Of a stretch of DNA of 48,488 nucleotides, positions 1 to 10,985 are shown one piece after another. The stretch covers positions 1,332,284-1,380,771 of the forward strand of contig NC_068988.1 of NCBI RefSeq assembly GCF_001194135.2. The letters are read 5' to 3'. Every line of letters starts with the position of its first letter. The first letter of the stretch is position 1. A program made the position numbers and the translations under genes. Origin of the DNA: Octopus bimaculoides (Eukaryota). The notes beneath the pieces were generated by a model. It ran no database searches, was not told the origin of the DNA, and saw nothing but the letters and a program-made list of their open reading frames with translations.

Positions 1-122
1 GCTGTAGAAACTCTGCCAAATTAGACTGGAGCCTGGTGTTGCCATCCGGTTTCACCAGTCCTCAGTCAAATCGTCCAACCCATGCCAGCATGGAAAGCGG
101 ACGTTAAACGATGATGATGATA
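1..122 (+). mobile_element. RTE-type LINE/SINE 3' tail, young subfamily
   Basis: ...CCAACCCATGCCAGCATGGAAAGCGGACGTTAAAC(GAT)n; nearly identical to 37545-37665 and to the reverse complement of 47118-47250. Confidence 0.75.
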
Positions 123-135
123 TGTATATATATAT

Positions 136-375
136 ATTATTTACATTTGACGGATATTTGTCCTCATCTTGTTTGTTGTCAGCACAACGGTTTGGCTGAT
201 ATACCCTCTAGCCTTCATCAGGTGTCTTGGAGAAATTTCAAACCTGGGTTCTTATTCCTAAGGTATTTTTCAATATTATTATTATTATTATTATTATTCA
301 GGTCACTGCCTTGAATCGAACTCGGAATCTTGGGGTTGGTAGCCTGCGCTCTTAACCACTACACCATATACCCGT
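136..375 (-). mobile_element. tRNA-headed SINE with hammerhead-ribozyme-like 3' tail (copy A)
   Basis: Minus strand: A-box TGGTGTAGTGG, B-box GAGTTCGATTC, (AAT)n spacer, then GACAC-CTGATGA-A-GGCTA-loop-CAGCC-AAACCGTT-GTGCT; colinear with 41425-41655. Confidence 0.8.
181..226 (-). ncRNA. Degenerate minimal type I hammerhead ribozyme motif
   Basis: CUGAUGA core and stem I/II arms are present; the GAAA half-core is mutated to AAAC. Confidence 0.55.
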
Positions 376-614
376 AATATATATATATTAGTAACAGAAC
401 AGTAACATACATATCTATTAGTAATAGATTAGTGATCACCCCCAGCCCACCCCCTTATCTACTATTCATTACATTCAACCCATATCCAATTATTAACCTC
501 TTTACTTAACACTTGACCTTCATTCATTCACCTCCTCACCCTTCTCCATCTCTAATTCTTGCAACCTTCACTCCATTTCACTCACAGTTCTGCACTCCCC
601 TCACTTCCACCACA

Positions 615-795
615 CACATCATCATCATCATTACCTAACAGCCGTTCTCCATGTTGGCCATGCCAACTCAAACTGGAGCCTGGCACAGCATGCCAACCCA
701 GTCAAACCGTCCGACCCAGTCAAACTGTCCAACTCAGTCAAACCGTCCAGTGCATGCCAGCATGTGCAATGGACATTAAATGATGATGATGATGT
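615..795 (+). mobile_element. RTE-type tail with internal 18-bp triplication
   Basis: Three copies of AACCCAGTCAAACCGTCC at 695-748, then CATGCCAGCATG...TTAAAT(GAT)n. Confidence 0.6.
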
Positions 796-1029
796 GTGTG
801 TGTGTGTGTATGTGTGTGTGTGCGTGTGTGCACACATATGCATGTATGTGATAGGCTTCTTTCAGTTTCTGTCTGTGAAACCAATTCACAAGGATTTGGT
901 TGGCTTAGAGCTTTCCTAGAAGACACTGCCCAAGGCACCATTCTGTGGTACCATGTAGATGAGAAGCATACTTCTTACGACACAGCTTTTGACATTTATT
1001 TTGGATCTTTCAACCGACACACATACACA

Positions 1030-1295
1030 AGTGTCTCAGCCAGGGCTGACCAAAATTGTGTCCTGGTAACACCACCCCTGGTAGCACTGTCCCCTTCAAA
1101 GATCTACAGCCACTTTGATGCAACCTCTACTGCCCCCACAGCCAACCTGATGGCCTTCTGTCTATTCTCCCCTACTGCTTACTATCCCCTACTCTTTACT
1201 AGCCCCTACTGCCTACAGGCCTCTGTAATGCCCAGCATGTTGTAGTCTCTGGAGAGGAAGGAGCCTGCAAATGTTCTACATCCTACCTCGAGGGG
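1030..1295 (-). mobile_element. C-terminal fragment of an RLE non-LTR retrotransposon (Hero/NeSL-like)
   Basis: Minus translation PLEVGCRTFAGSFLSRDYNMLGI...KAIRLAVGAVEVASKWL* resembles the EVGCRGF...AAE.AS.WLW C-terminus; in-frame stops and an internal CCCCTACT triplication. Confidence 0.65.
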
Positions 1296-2052
1296 TGGTT
1301 AATTTTTGTGAAAACAGCACCACATTGTGTTACATAACAGAATCTTTATTGAGTGTGCATATGGCTGAATGATCAATTATATAAACAAGTTTTAGCAGAG
1401 GGGAAATTGAATGGAGACTCAATCACAAATTCTCATTAGCTTTAACCTAAAACAATATTCACAGCAACCTGCAATGCAAAATATGTTTTGATACACAAAA
1501 TGGATTGTCAAATGCATTGTGAAATCATAGTTAATTATTCTTGGTCACCTTTTCTTTTTTTTTCTTTTTTTTTTTTAAGCTGCATCACATTCTGTTATTC
1601 TGTTCATAATTGAATGATTTTAATGTGTAAACACTTGATTGAGCAAGCATGTAATCAGCTATTCCTGGTCACAGGAGAATCAAAGAACGAAGAGTGGAAT
1701 TCCAATTGTTTGTCATAATAAACTCTCTCATTTCAGGTTTTAACATGAAACAGTTTTCGTAGCAAAAACTAAATATATTTACATAATCAAAATTCTTTGT
1801 TTTCTATCTTATTGCACCAGCGTTATAATAGCATATTGAACAAAATATTTCATTGGTTCTGAGTCAATATCATCTCGTATATATATTACATAGCATATTG
1901 TATTATTTTTAATATCAGACAAGGTAGTAAATAGTTACAGCTGCTGTCTGCTCTGTCACAATTAAGAATCAATAGAAATGCAGCTTGGTGCTGATAGCTC
2001 AGATTCTATTACATAATCAGATAATACATATGTATGTATGTATGTATATATG

Positions 2053-2084
<32 letters not shown>

Positions 2085-2085
<1 letters not shown>

Positions 2086-2420
2086 CTCATCATTATCATT
2101 TGATATCATGGGTTGGACAGTTTGACAGGAGCTGGCAGGCTGCACCAGGTTCCAGTCTGATTCAGCTTGGTTTCTATGGTTGGATGCCCTTCTTATTGCC
2201 GACCACCTTACTGAGTGTGCTGTTTGCTTTTAATGTGACACCAGCCCAAGTGCTTTTTATGTGTCACTGGCACATGACTCCTGCTTACCTATCCTTTTCA
2301 GCAGTGGGGAGCAGCATTAACACTTCTGCTTTGCAGGATGGGTCTTCTTGAGGCACCAGGTATCTCAGTTGTTTGTCATCTCGTCTGAAAAGTTCAGTAT
2401 TCTGAGGTTGTCCTTCAGTA
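2085..2420 (-). mobile_element. RTE LINE 3' end (ORF C-terminus plus 3' UTR), 5'-truncated
   Basis: Minus translation ILKDNLRILNFSDEMTNN*DTWCLKKTHPAKQKC*, followed by the shared RTE tail ending in (GAT)n-like repeats. Confidence 0.7.
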
Positions 2421-2488
2421 TTTAATTTCATTTCAGTCAGACTGTCCAACCCATGCCAGCATGGAAAGTGGGCATTAAATAATGATGA

Positions 2489-2730
2489 TCGAAATACAAA
2501 GATCTAGGAACAGAGGTAACCCAAATGTAGGACTTGGAAATAGAAATAATCCCTATAATAATAGGTGATGGAAAGTGCTTTAGATATGCTCAAAAAACAG
2601 GCAGACAAATGCCTGAACAAACCCACAGGGATTATGAATGGATATAACGTGCATGAAATAGCACTGCTAGGCACTGCACACATTCTATGTAATACACTTT
2701 CAATACAGTAATAATAATAATAATATTAAT
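2489..2730 (+). mobile_element. R4/Dong-clade non-LTR retrotransposon 3' end
   Basis: SKYKDLGTEVTQM*DLEIEIIPIIIG..ALDMLKK...EIALLGTAHILCNTLSIQ* then (AAT)n. Confidence 0.75.
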
Positions 2731-2732
2731 AA

Positions 2733-3099
2733 TAACAAGAGCACTCAGAGAGCACAAACCTCTACCAAGGCAACACCAATGTCCTCTCAACGATTAGCCA
2801 GAAATGATTTTTAAAATGAGAATATCTGAAATAAACTCGACTGCTCTCACAAATGAGAATACTGAAAACAAACCTGAGCACTCTCAAAAATTAAGTAAAA
2901 AAACAGGAAAAATAATCCAGAATCCTTCTCCAGTACTGGATCTATCCCAAAATCTAGTCGGTTTGTGCCAGTCACGAGGCCAAACATCCCTGAAAGTTTC
3001 ATCTGAATCCATCCAGCGGTTTTCGAGATATCTTGTCCACAGACAAACAAGCAAACATAACTGGAAACAATAGCTCTTCCTTTGCTAAGGAGGAGGTAA
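2733..3099 (+). mobile_element. Helentron-associated (DINE-1/HINE-like) non-autonomous element
   Basis: 5' AACAAGAG...ACCTCTACCAAGG; core TGAAAGTTTCATCTGAATCCATCCAGCGGTTTTCGAGATATC; CAGACAAACAAGCAAAC repeat; 3' ...GGAGGTAA. Confidence 0.55.
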
Positions 3100-3127
3100 T
3101 AATAGTAATAATAATAATAATAATAAA

Positions 3128-3350
3128 GAGGCTGGCGAGCTGGTAGAATCATTAAAATGCTGCTAAGCAAAAGGCTTAGCAGCATTTTGACCATCTCTAC
3201 ATTTTGAGTTCAAATACTGCTGACGCTGACTTTGCCTTTCATCCTTCTTGGGGGTCAATAAAATAAGTACCAGTTGAATACTGGGGTCGATGTAATCAAC
3301 TTACCCTTCTCCTGGAAATTGCTGGCCTTGTGCCAAACCATGAAACCAAA
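3128..3350 (+). mobile_element. tRNA-derived SINE family B (GGCGAGCTGGCAGAA head)
   Basis: B-box-like GAGTTCAAAT and central GACTTTGCCTTTCATCC...GGGGTCAATAAAATAAGTACCAG; more than 10 copies in the window. Confidence 0.75.
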
Positions 3351-3914
3351 ATAGTAAGAATAACAAAATACTTCAGGTGTCCAAGAACTGCACTTGGTAA
3401 GTGCAGTAGAAGCGCAACATAACAATATGACTACTGGAAAATAATAATAATGAATTGTAATGATGATGGTAATTAATTATAAGGATAATAATCATAATGA
3501 TAATAATCAATTAATTGGAATATTAACTAATTAGTCAGAGCTTAGAAATATGCAAATTACTCTTAAAATATAGTTTTTTTTTTTCCTTTTGGTGGTGGAG
3601 AACAACCAAACAATTATCAAGTTGAAGATTTAAAGATCTTTATAAGTGGAATAAGTGCAATGCTGATGTGTGTGTGTACCAAGGCTGGTTGCTGTTGTTT
3701 AGACTGAAGTCAGTCCTGGTTAAACAGACGTAGTCAAAAGCATTCCAGCCATGACCATCCCAGTTTTTTTAAGATTACATTATACAGTGTGTCCTTCCAT
3801 TTTAATTTTTTTTTAAACCAGTTGTGATTTAAGAGAATTTAGTTGCTATGTCTAGCAGGTGTGGTGACTGCATAGAGGCTGGCTCCCTCATTGGTTTGCC
3901 CACATAAATACATG

Positions 3915-4130
3915 CTGTGTGTGTTTGTCCTCCACCACTGCTTGACAACCTGTGCTAGTGTGCTTACATCCCCATTAACTAGGGGTCTGACAAAAGGGGC
4001 CGATAGAATAAGTACAAAGTTTAGAAAGGAAATATGTACTGGGGGGTGATTCATTCGACTAAAAATTCTTCAAGGCCATGCTCCAGTATGGCCGCAGTAT
4101 AAAGACTGAAACTAGTAAAAGATAAAAGAT
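3915..4130 (+). mobile_element. SINE family A, 3' half
   Basis: GCTTGACAACC...GATAGAATAAGTAC...GCTCCAGTATGGCCGCAG...GACTGAAAC matches the 3' half of 12606-12990. Confidence 0.7.
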
Positions 4131-4914
4131 ACCTATATATATATATTATGTATATATGTGTATATATGTGTGTGTGTGTGTGTTTGGAAGGAAAATAGTG
4201 GAATTCAGGGAAGGAAAACTGAAACAAAGACGGCTGGCACACAAAAGAAAANNNNNNNNNNNNNNNNNNNNNNNNNNNNNNNNNNNNNNNNNNNNNNNNN
4301 NNNNNNNNNNNNNNNNNNNNNNNNNNNNNNNNNNNNNNNNNNNNNNNNNNNNNNNNNNNNNNNNNNNNNNNNNNNNNNNNNNNNNNNNNNNNNNNNNNNN
4401 NNNNNNNNNNNNNNNNNNNNNNNNNNNNNNNNNNNNNNNNNNNNNNNNNNNNNNNNNNNNNNNNNNNNNNNNNNNNNNNNNNNNNNNNNNNNNNNNNNNN
4501 NNNNNNNNNNNNNNNNNNNNNNNNNNNNNNNNNNNNNNNNNNNNNNNNNNNNNNNNNNNNNNNNNNNNNNNNNNNNNNNNNNNNNNNNNNNNNNNNNNNN
4601 NNNNNNNNNNNNNNNNNNNNNNNNNNNNNNNNNNNNNNNNNNNNNNNNNNNNNNNNNNNNNNNNNNNNNNNNNNNNNNNNNNNNNNNNNNNNNNNNNNNN
4701 NNNNNNNNNNNNNNNNNNNNNNNNNNNNNNNNNNNNNNNNNNNNNNNNNNNNNNNNNNNNNNNNNNNNNNNNNNNNNNNNNNNNNNNNNNNNNNNNNNNN
4801 NNNNNNNNNNNNNNNNNNNNNNNNNNNNNNNNNNNNNNNNNNNNNNNNNNNNNNNNNNNNNNNNNNNNNNNNNNNNNNNNNNNNNNNNNNNNNNNNNNNN
4901 NNNNNNNNTACAAG

Positions 4915-5400
4915 ATGGTTCCAAGTCTCACCCAAAGACCTCAAGAAACAACAAGTTAGAAGTTCGTGTTGGTGTTATGCCTAGGGTGCCATATATTTGG
5001 TTTTGTACATAGTGTTGTTCTAGAGAATGTTTAAGAAGACATAAGAAAATTATGTTTGTTTTAAAATTTTAGATTACAAAGACAGTATTTTACGTAGGAT
5101 ATAGGCAGTTCCCATGAGTACTATCTTTTGAATTTCTGCTATTTTGGAGTTTCCTGGTATCTGAGCTTGGTAGCAATCAACCCCTTTTGCTATCATTCCT
5201 AGGACACCTATGACAACAGGTATTGCTTTAGTCTTCTGTTGCTACATTTTGCCAATTTTTATTTCAAGATCTTTATATTTGCTCAGTTTTTGGTAGGTCT
5301 TGACAGATACGCTTACATCGATTGGGACAGTCATATCAATGAGGAGGCATGATTTTTGTCTGAAGTCTTTCAATACAATGTCTGGCCTATTTGCATCTAA
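4915..5400 (-). mobile_element. R4/Dong-clade LINE 3' end with RLE endonuclease domain (coding 5074-5400) and 3' UTR
   Basis: Minus translation LDANRPDIVLKDFRQKSCLLIDMTVPID...KLSKYKDLEIKIGKM*...IPVVIGVLG...IQKIVLMGTAYILRKILSL*; RPD..D..K-type nuclease motif; one in-frame stop. Confidence 0.85.
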
Positions 5401-5450
5401 TTATTATTATTATTGTTATTGTTATTATTATCATTATTATTATTATTGAG

Positions 5451-5865
5451 AAGGCAGGGGGGAGCTGGCAGAATGGTTAGCACGCCAGGTGAAGTGCTTA
5501 GCAGTATTTCATCTGTCGTTACGTTCTGAGTTCAAATTTCACTGAGGTCGATTTTACCTTTCATCCCTTCGGGGTTGATAAATTAAGTACCAGTGAAACA
5601 CTGGGATCAATGTAATTAACTATCCCCCTCCCCCAATTTCAGACCTTGTACCTATAATAGAAAGGATTATTATTATTATTATTAAGGTGGGATGCTGGCA
5701 GAATTGTTAGCTTAGTGTTTTGTCTTTGTTCTGAGTTCAAATTTTGCTGATGTTGACTTTGCCTTTCATCCTGTTGAGGTCAATAAAATAAGTACCAGTT
5801 ACCTACTGGGGTCGATGTGATCGACTGATCCCCCCCTGCTGGCCTTGTGCCAAACTTAGAAATTA
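5451..5865 (+). mobile_element. Two tandem family-B SINEs (5451-5666, 5684-5865)
   Basis: Same head and central domain, separated and preceded by (ATT)n. Confidence 0.75.
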
Positions 5866-6058
5866 TTTTCTGTTGTGTTTTTTTGTTTTTTTTGAAAAAT
5901 TTTAAAGGTTTTTCTATAAAACTATTCCTGTAACATGGAAATTGGTTTGTATGGTTCATTAGAGATCTGTTTATTTATTCAACAAACCAAGGGGTTACTG
6001 GTTCAAATGGTGATGTCTCTTTGTGTTGCCATTGTTGTTGTAATGTTGCATTCACCCT

Positions 6059-6276
6059 AAGGTGGCGAGCTGGCAGAAACATTAGCATGCCGGGCGACAT
6101 GCTTAGCGGTATTTTGTCTGTCTTTATGTTCTGAGTTCAAATTCTACCAATGCCGACTTTGCCTTTCACCCTTTTGGGATTGATAAATTAAGTACCAGTT
6201 ACATACTGGGGTTGATCTAATTGACTCGCATCCCTCCCCCCAAATTCCGGGCCTTTTGCCTAGAGCAGAAAAGAAT
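6059..6276 (+). mobile_element. Family-B SINE, near full length
   Basis: AAGGTGGCGAGCTGGCAGAAAC...GAGTTCAAATT...CTAGAGCAGAAAAGAAT. Confidence 0.8.
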
Positions 6277-6419
6277 GTTGTATTTACCCTTTCATTCTTG
6301 CATGGGTCAAATGGAATTTGTTGAGGCTGGAGGTCATTACAGGTTCACTCACTCACTGGGCTTCTTTCAGTTTCCATCTACCAAATCCACTCATATGGTT
6401 TTAGTAAAAGACACTTGGC

Positions 6420-6712
6420 TCTCCGTCACTTATGACAACAATCCACTTGATCCAGTCAACAGAACAGCCTGCTCATGAAATCAACATGCAAGTGGCTGAG
6501 TACTCCACAGACATGCTTACCCTTAACGTACTTCTCAGCATGATTTAGTATGTGACAAGACTGGCCCTTTTGAAATACAGATACAATTCATTTTTGCCAG
6601 TTGGGTTAACTGGAGCAACATGAAATAAAGTATCTTGCTCAAGGACACGACACGTCGCCAGGGATTGAACTCACAACCTTACGATCGTGTGCTAAATACC
6701 CTAACCACTAAA
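6420..6712 (-). mobile_element. tRNA/CORE-like SINE family D
   Basis: Minus strand: TAGTGGTTAGGG...GAGTTCAATCCC, CCTTGAGCAAGATAC core-like segment; homologous to 26915-27215 and 39566-39876. Confidence 0.7.
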
Positions 6713-7511
6713 ATATATGTACCTCCACATGCAGTAGGATTGAACTTCAAACCACATGGTTTGAAAGCAAGTTTCTTAACCACCCAACCATGCCTGGATC
6801 TTGTGTATTCATGGATCAACATTATGTGATGTTAGTAAAAAGGAAAGGAGAAATGTGAATTAAAATGAAATATAATTTAATCTCTTTGGTTGCTTTGAGA
6901 CGTAATTAAAGTGAATTAATCACAAAAAAAGAGGAGGGAAGAGAGAAGGGGAAGAACGAGATATTATCTTCGTCAATTTTGATTTCATTTTCTTTTTTGT
7001 TAATTTGTTGTTGTTGTTTTTTCTTTCAGCATTAAAAATTAAATTAATCCTTTTAACAAAGGATGACTGTTATGGAGGTATCTTAGTCTGCAACGGTTTT
7101 GGTAACTTGACTCAAAATATTAAAAGAAAAAGATTGATTAATTGGTTGAAGAAATAATTGCAATTAAGGGTATTTATATTTTAAAAGTTTAGTGAGTGTC
7201 ATGCATAAAATTTGATGAGAATCCTCACCATAATCATCATCATCGTCACAACCATTACCACCACCGCCACCACCACCACCTCCTCCACCTCCACCTCCAC
7301 CTCCACCNNNNNNNNNNNNNNNNNNNNNNNNNNNNNNNNNNNNNNNNNNNNNNNNNNNNNNNNNNNNNNNNNNNNNNNNNNNNNNNNNNNNNNNNNNNNN
7401 NNNNNNNNNNNNNNNNNNNNNNNNNNNNNNNNNNNNNNNNNNNNNNNNNNNNNNNNNNNNNNNNNNNNNNNNNNNNNNNNNNNNNNNNNNNNNNNNNNNN
7501 NNNNNNNNNNN

Positions 7512-8201
7512 CAGTGAGTTTGTATTTAGCCTGCAGGACAAAAGGGAAAGTTGAGTTGACCAGTCTCAGTACTCGACTGGTATTTATTTTCATTATTCTC
7601 GAAAGGATGAAAGGCTAAGTCGACCTCAGCAGAATTTGAACTCAGAATGTAAAGACATGAAATATTGCCAAGCATTTCGCCCAGCGTGCTAAGGGTTCTG
7701 CCAGCTTGTTACCTTCTATTATGATGATAATAAGGATAATCATTTCTACTCTAGGCACAAGGCCTGAAATTTTGGGCAAGGGGTCTAGGTGATTAGATCG
7801 ACCTCCAGTAAGCAACTGGTACTTAATTTATCGACCCTGAAAGGATGAGAGACAAAGCTGACGTTGGCAGAATTTGAACTCAGAATGTAGCAACAGGCAA
7901 AATGCCGCTAAGCATTTCATCCAGCGTGCTAACGACTCTGCCAGCTCACCACCCTCTATGATAATAATAATAATAATAATAATTATGTTGATAGTAATAA
8001 TAATCGTTTCTGTTAAAGGCACAAGGCTGGGGAGGGGGCCAGTCGATTAGATTGACCCCAGTACGTAACTGGTACTTAATTTATTGACCCTGAAAGGATG
8101 AAAGGCAAAGTCGACTTCAGCAGAATTTGAACTCAGAATGTAGCGACAGGCAAAATACCGCTAAGCATTTTATCCGGCACACTAACGATTCTGCCAGCTC
8201 G
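7512..8201 (-). mobile_element. Three tandem family-B SINEs (7512-7715, 7742-7954, 8005-8201)
   Basis: Three head-to-tail copies separated by (AAT)n-rich spacers. Confidence 0.8.
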
Positions 8202-9324
8202 TTAATGATAATGATACTAATAATGACAATATCTTAATGGTAAAAAAAAAAATATTGTAACAATTTTTTTGTTGTTTTTCCCCTCTTCTGACCCGTTCAA
8301 CTTGAGTGATCAGAATATCGGTGATCTCTGTGCATTGGTGATATCTTTATCACTGATATCTATCTGGCTGATTTTTGCGGAAGAACTCCTGAGAGTTATT
8401 GATTATTTTGAGACTATTTTATCAGCAAATTATTGACTCTATTTTTATATAATTTTACCTCTTTTCAACTAAAATACAAAAGAACTCACTAACAACTAAT
8501 ATATATACATGTGTGTGTGTACATGTATGTATGTGTATATGAATGTGTGTATGTGTGTATGTGTATGTGTATATGAATGAATGTGTATGAATGTGTGTAC
8601 ATGTGTGTGTGTGTGTGTGTGTACATGAATATGTGTACATGTGTGTGTGTGTACATGTGAATATACGTATGTATATGTGTGAAAGAAGAGAAAAACCCAT
8701 TAATATATTAATGATTTACTGAAATAGATCTTTATCGATTTATTGTTAACTTATCCTATTAATGGTTTAGACATGTGGTTCCTAGCATGAACCATTTAGC
8801 CATTCTTCTCCATATTTTTTTTTTAAGTGTTATTCTTATGATCACAACACTAAATGCATTTTCAAATTTCAAACTGTTACATAATTCTGTTCTTCTCTTA
8901 TGTTAAAGTTTCATGTTTGATCCATTTAATATCTGCCATAATGTATTGGCTTTTGGTTATGGAACTTCTTTTAAGCATTTCGATTTCACATTAATTATTT
9001 TAATCATTTAAGGTGCGGCAATTAAAAGTATATGCTTGCAATTTTACCTGCTGTTTAATTACTATTAAGTATATAGCTGCATGTAATCTGTGTAATATTA
9101 TTTGAAGGATAGTTAACATGTGGTTAATTAACTTTAAGCTTTGAGATTAATCTTTTTTTATATATGTACACATGTACACACAGGTACAGCATCAATTTTC
9201 TGGAGCCTTTGGCTCTGATATCTTTCAGGATTACTGATCTTTCCAAGCCAGAGAAGGTCACTTTTAAATTAAGCAAATATGAAATTGACTTAAAAAATAA
9301 AATGAATTACATTAATATAAACCA

Positions 9325-9760
9325 TCATCATTATTATCATCATTATCATCATCTTTTAATGACTGTTTTCCATGCTGGTATGGGTTGGGTGGCTTGAGCA
9401 GAGCTGGAAAGCTGCACCAGGTTACAGTCTGATTTCCCATGGTTTCTACAGCTGGATTCCTTTCCTAATGCCAACCATTTTGTAGAGAGTGTGTTGAGTG
9501 CTTTTAAAGTGGCACTGGCATGAGCTCATTTACATGGCACCAGCACAGGGCTCTTAGAGGCCAATCCTCTTCACCAGGGTGACCAGCCTTAACTCTTCTG
9601 CTGTGCAAGACAGGCCTTCTTGAGTACAGCAAGGCGCCAGGCATCTCAGTCCTTCGTCATCTCATTTGAAAGGTTCAGCATCCTGAGGTCATCCTTTACT
9701 TCTTTGTCTCCTGTCTTCCTGGGTCTCTCTCTTCCACATGTACTGTGCAAGATACTGTGA
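9325..9760 (-). mobile_element. RTE LINE 3' end
   Basis: Minus translation TCGRERPRKTGDKEVKDDLRMLNLSNEMTKD*DAWRLAVLKK...* (RGRPRKTW...DR..WR motif) plus RTE 3' UTR and (GAT)n. Confidence 0.8.
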
Positions 9761-10599
9761 AGCAGAGCTGCCCAGTAAACTAGATTGCAAAAAGCTTATC
9801 TGGCGACAGAGAACTGATACCTAGCCTGGAAATCGGTGAGGACTGATGCTAGGAAGAGCGTCTGGTTACAGACAAATCTTTCTCAATGAATTCCATCAGA
9901 CCTATGCAAGCCTGGAAAAGTGGATGTCTATCTTCGTGCTCTGAGTTCAAATTCTGCTGAGGTCAACTTTATCCTTCTGGGGTAAATAAAATTAATACCA
10001 GTTGCATACTGGGTCAATATAATTGACTTACTACTCTCCTGAAATTGCTGGCCTTGTACCAAAACTTAAAAGCAATACTAGCAATTACACACACACACAC
10101 ATGTGTGTGTGTGTGTGTATGGAGTACTCTCCCCTTTCCATTTTGAAAAGAATTGTTATTATGATTATCAAATTTGTTTTTTCTCATTATGAGTTTAATT
10201 ATAATTGATTAAAGTATTCTATTTAGCTCATTACGTTCTGTTAGCCGACACTTATCTGTAGGTCAGCGAGAGTCAGAGATAAACTTTAGACAATCAACTG
10301 AAAGGTTGCCACTTAATTAAGTTAGACAGCTGCATCTCTTCTAGTAATTAGATCGACCTAGTAATTAAATCAGTCAATAATTGATATTTATTGTATAAAG
10401 GTGGCAGGTAATGTAGAGCCAGAAGAAAGCTCTTGGTAAACATACTAAAATGGGACTTCAGCTCCTCCTTGATTATGCAGTTTCACTTCACATATCCCTT
10501 TAATAATGTCTTCAGGGGAATTTATCAAAGTCACACTTCCTAGATCTCTGTTAAAATACAGCACGTTTATGATGGATCAGAAAAAGATCCTGTATTTAT

Positions 10600-10985
10600 A
10601 ATCATCATCATTTAACATCCGTTGTCCATGCTGGTTTGGGTTGGACAGTTTGACCAGAACTGGCAAGCACCCACTTTTCCAAAGCTTTCATGAATTGGAT
10701 GGAATTTGAGGCAAGTTTTCTATGGCAGATGCCTTTCCTGTAGCCAACCCTTACCTGTTTCCAAGCAAAGGTAATATTTCTCCATTATTAGACATGTTTA
10801 CATAGAATATTGGAAACAAACGACACTGCTTGTATGACAGTGACACTCATTTACAACTATTATGTGATGTCAAGACAAAGAAGCACACATGCACTGGATT
10901 CAAGGAGGCATGCAGTGGGACTGAACTTGTAACCATGTGGTTAGGAAGTAAACTTCTTTACCTCACAGCCATACCTGCGCCTAAT
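10600..10985 (-). mobile_element. SINE with family-A tRNA head and RTE-like tail
   Basis: Head GCAGGTATGGCTGTG...GTTCAGTCCCACTGC; body GTTGTAAATGAGTGTCACTGTCATACAAGC...ATATTACCTT.GCTTGGAAACAGG; CCAGCATGG...(GAT)n tail. Confidence 0.65.

Noticed and set aside
3387-3407. Perfect 9-bp hairpin ACTGCACTT-GGT-AAGTGCAGT (similar 9-bp stem near 21286-21315)
   Set aside because: Too short to exceed chance expectation in 48 kb
4051-5012. Long ORFs in the supplied track spanning N runs (also 7164-7618, 19248-19488, 35357-36506, 46286-47138)
   Set aside because: Artefacts of assembly gaps translated as X
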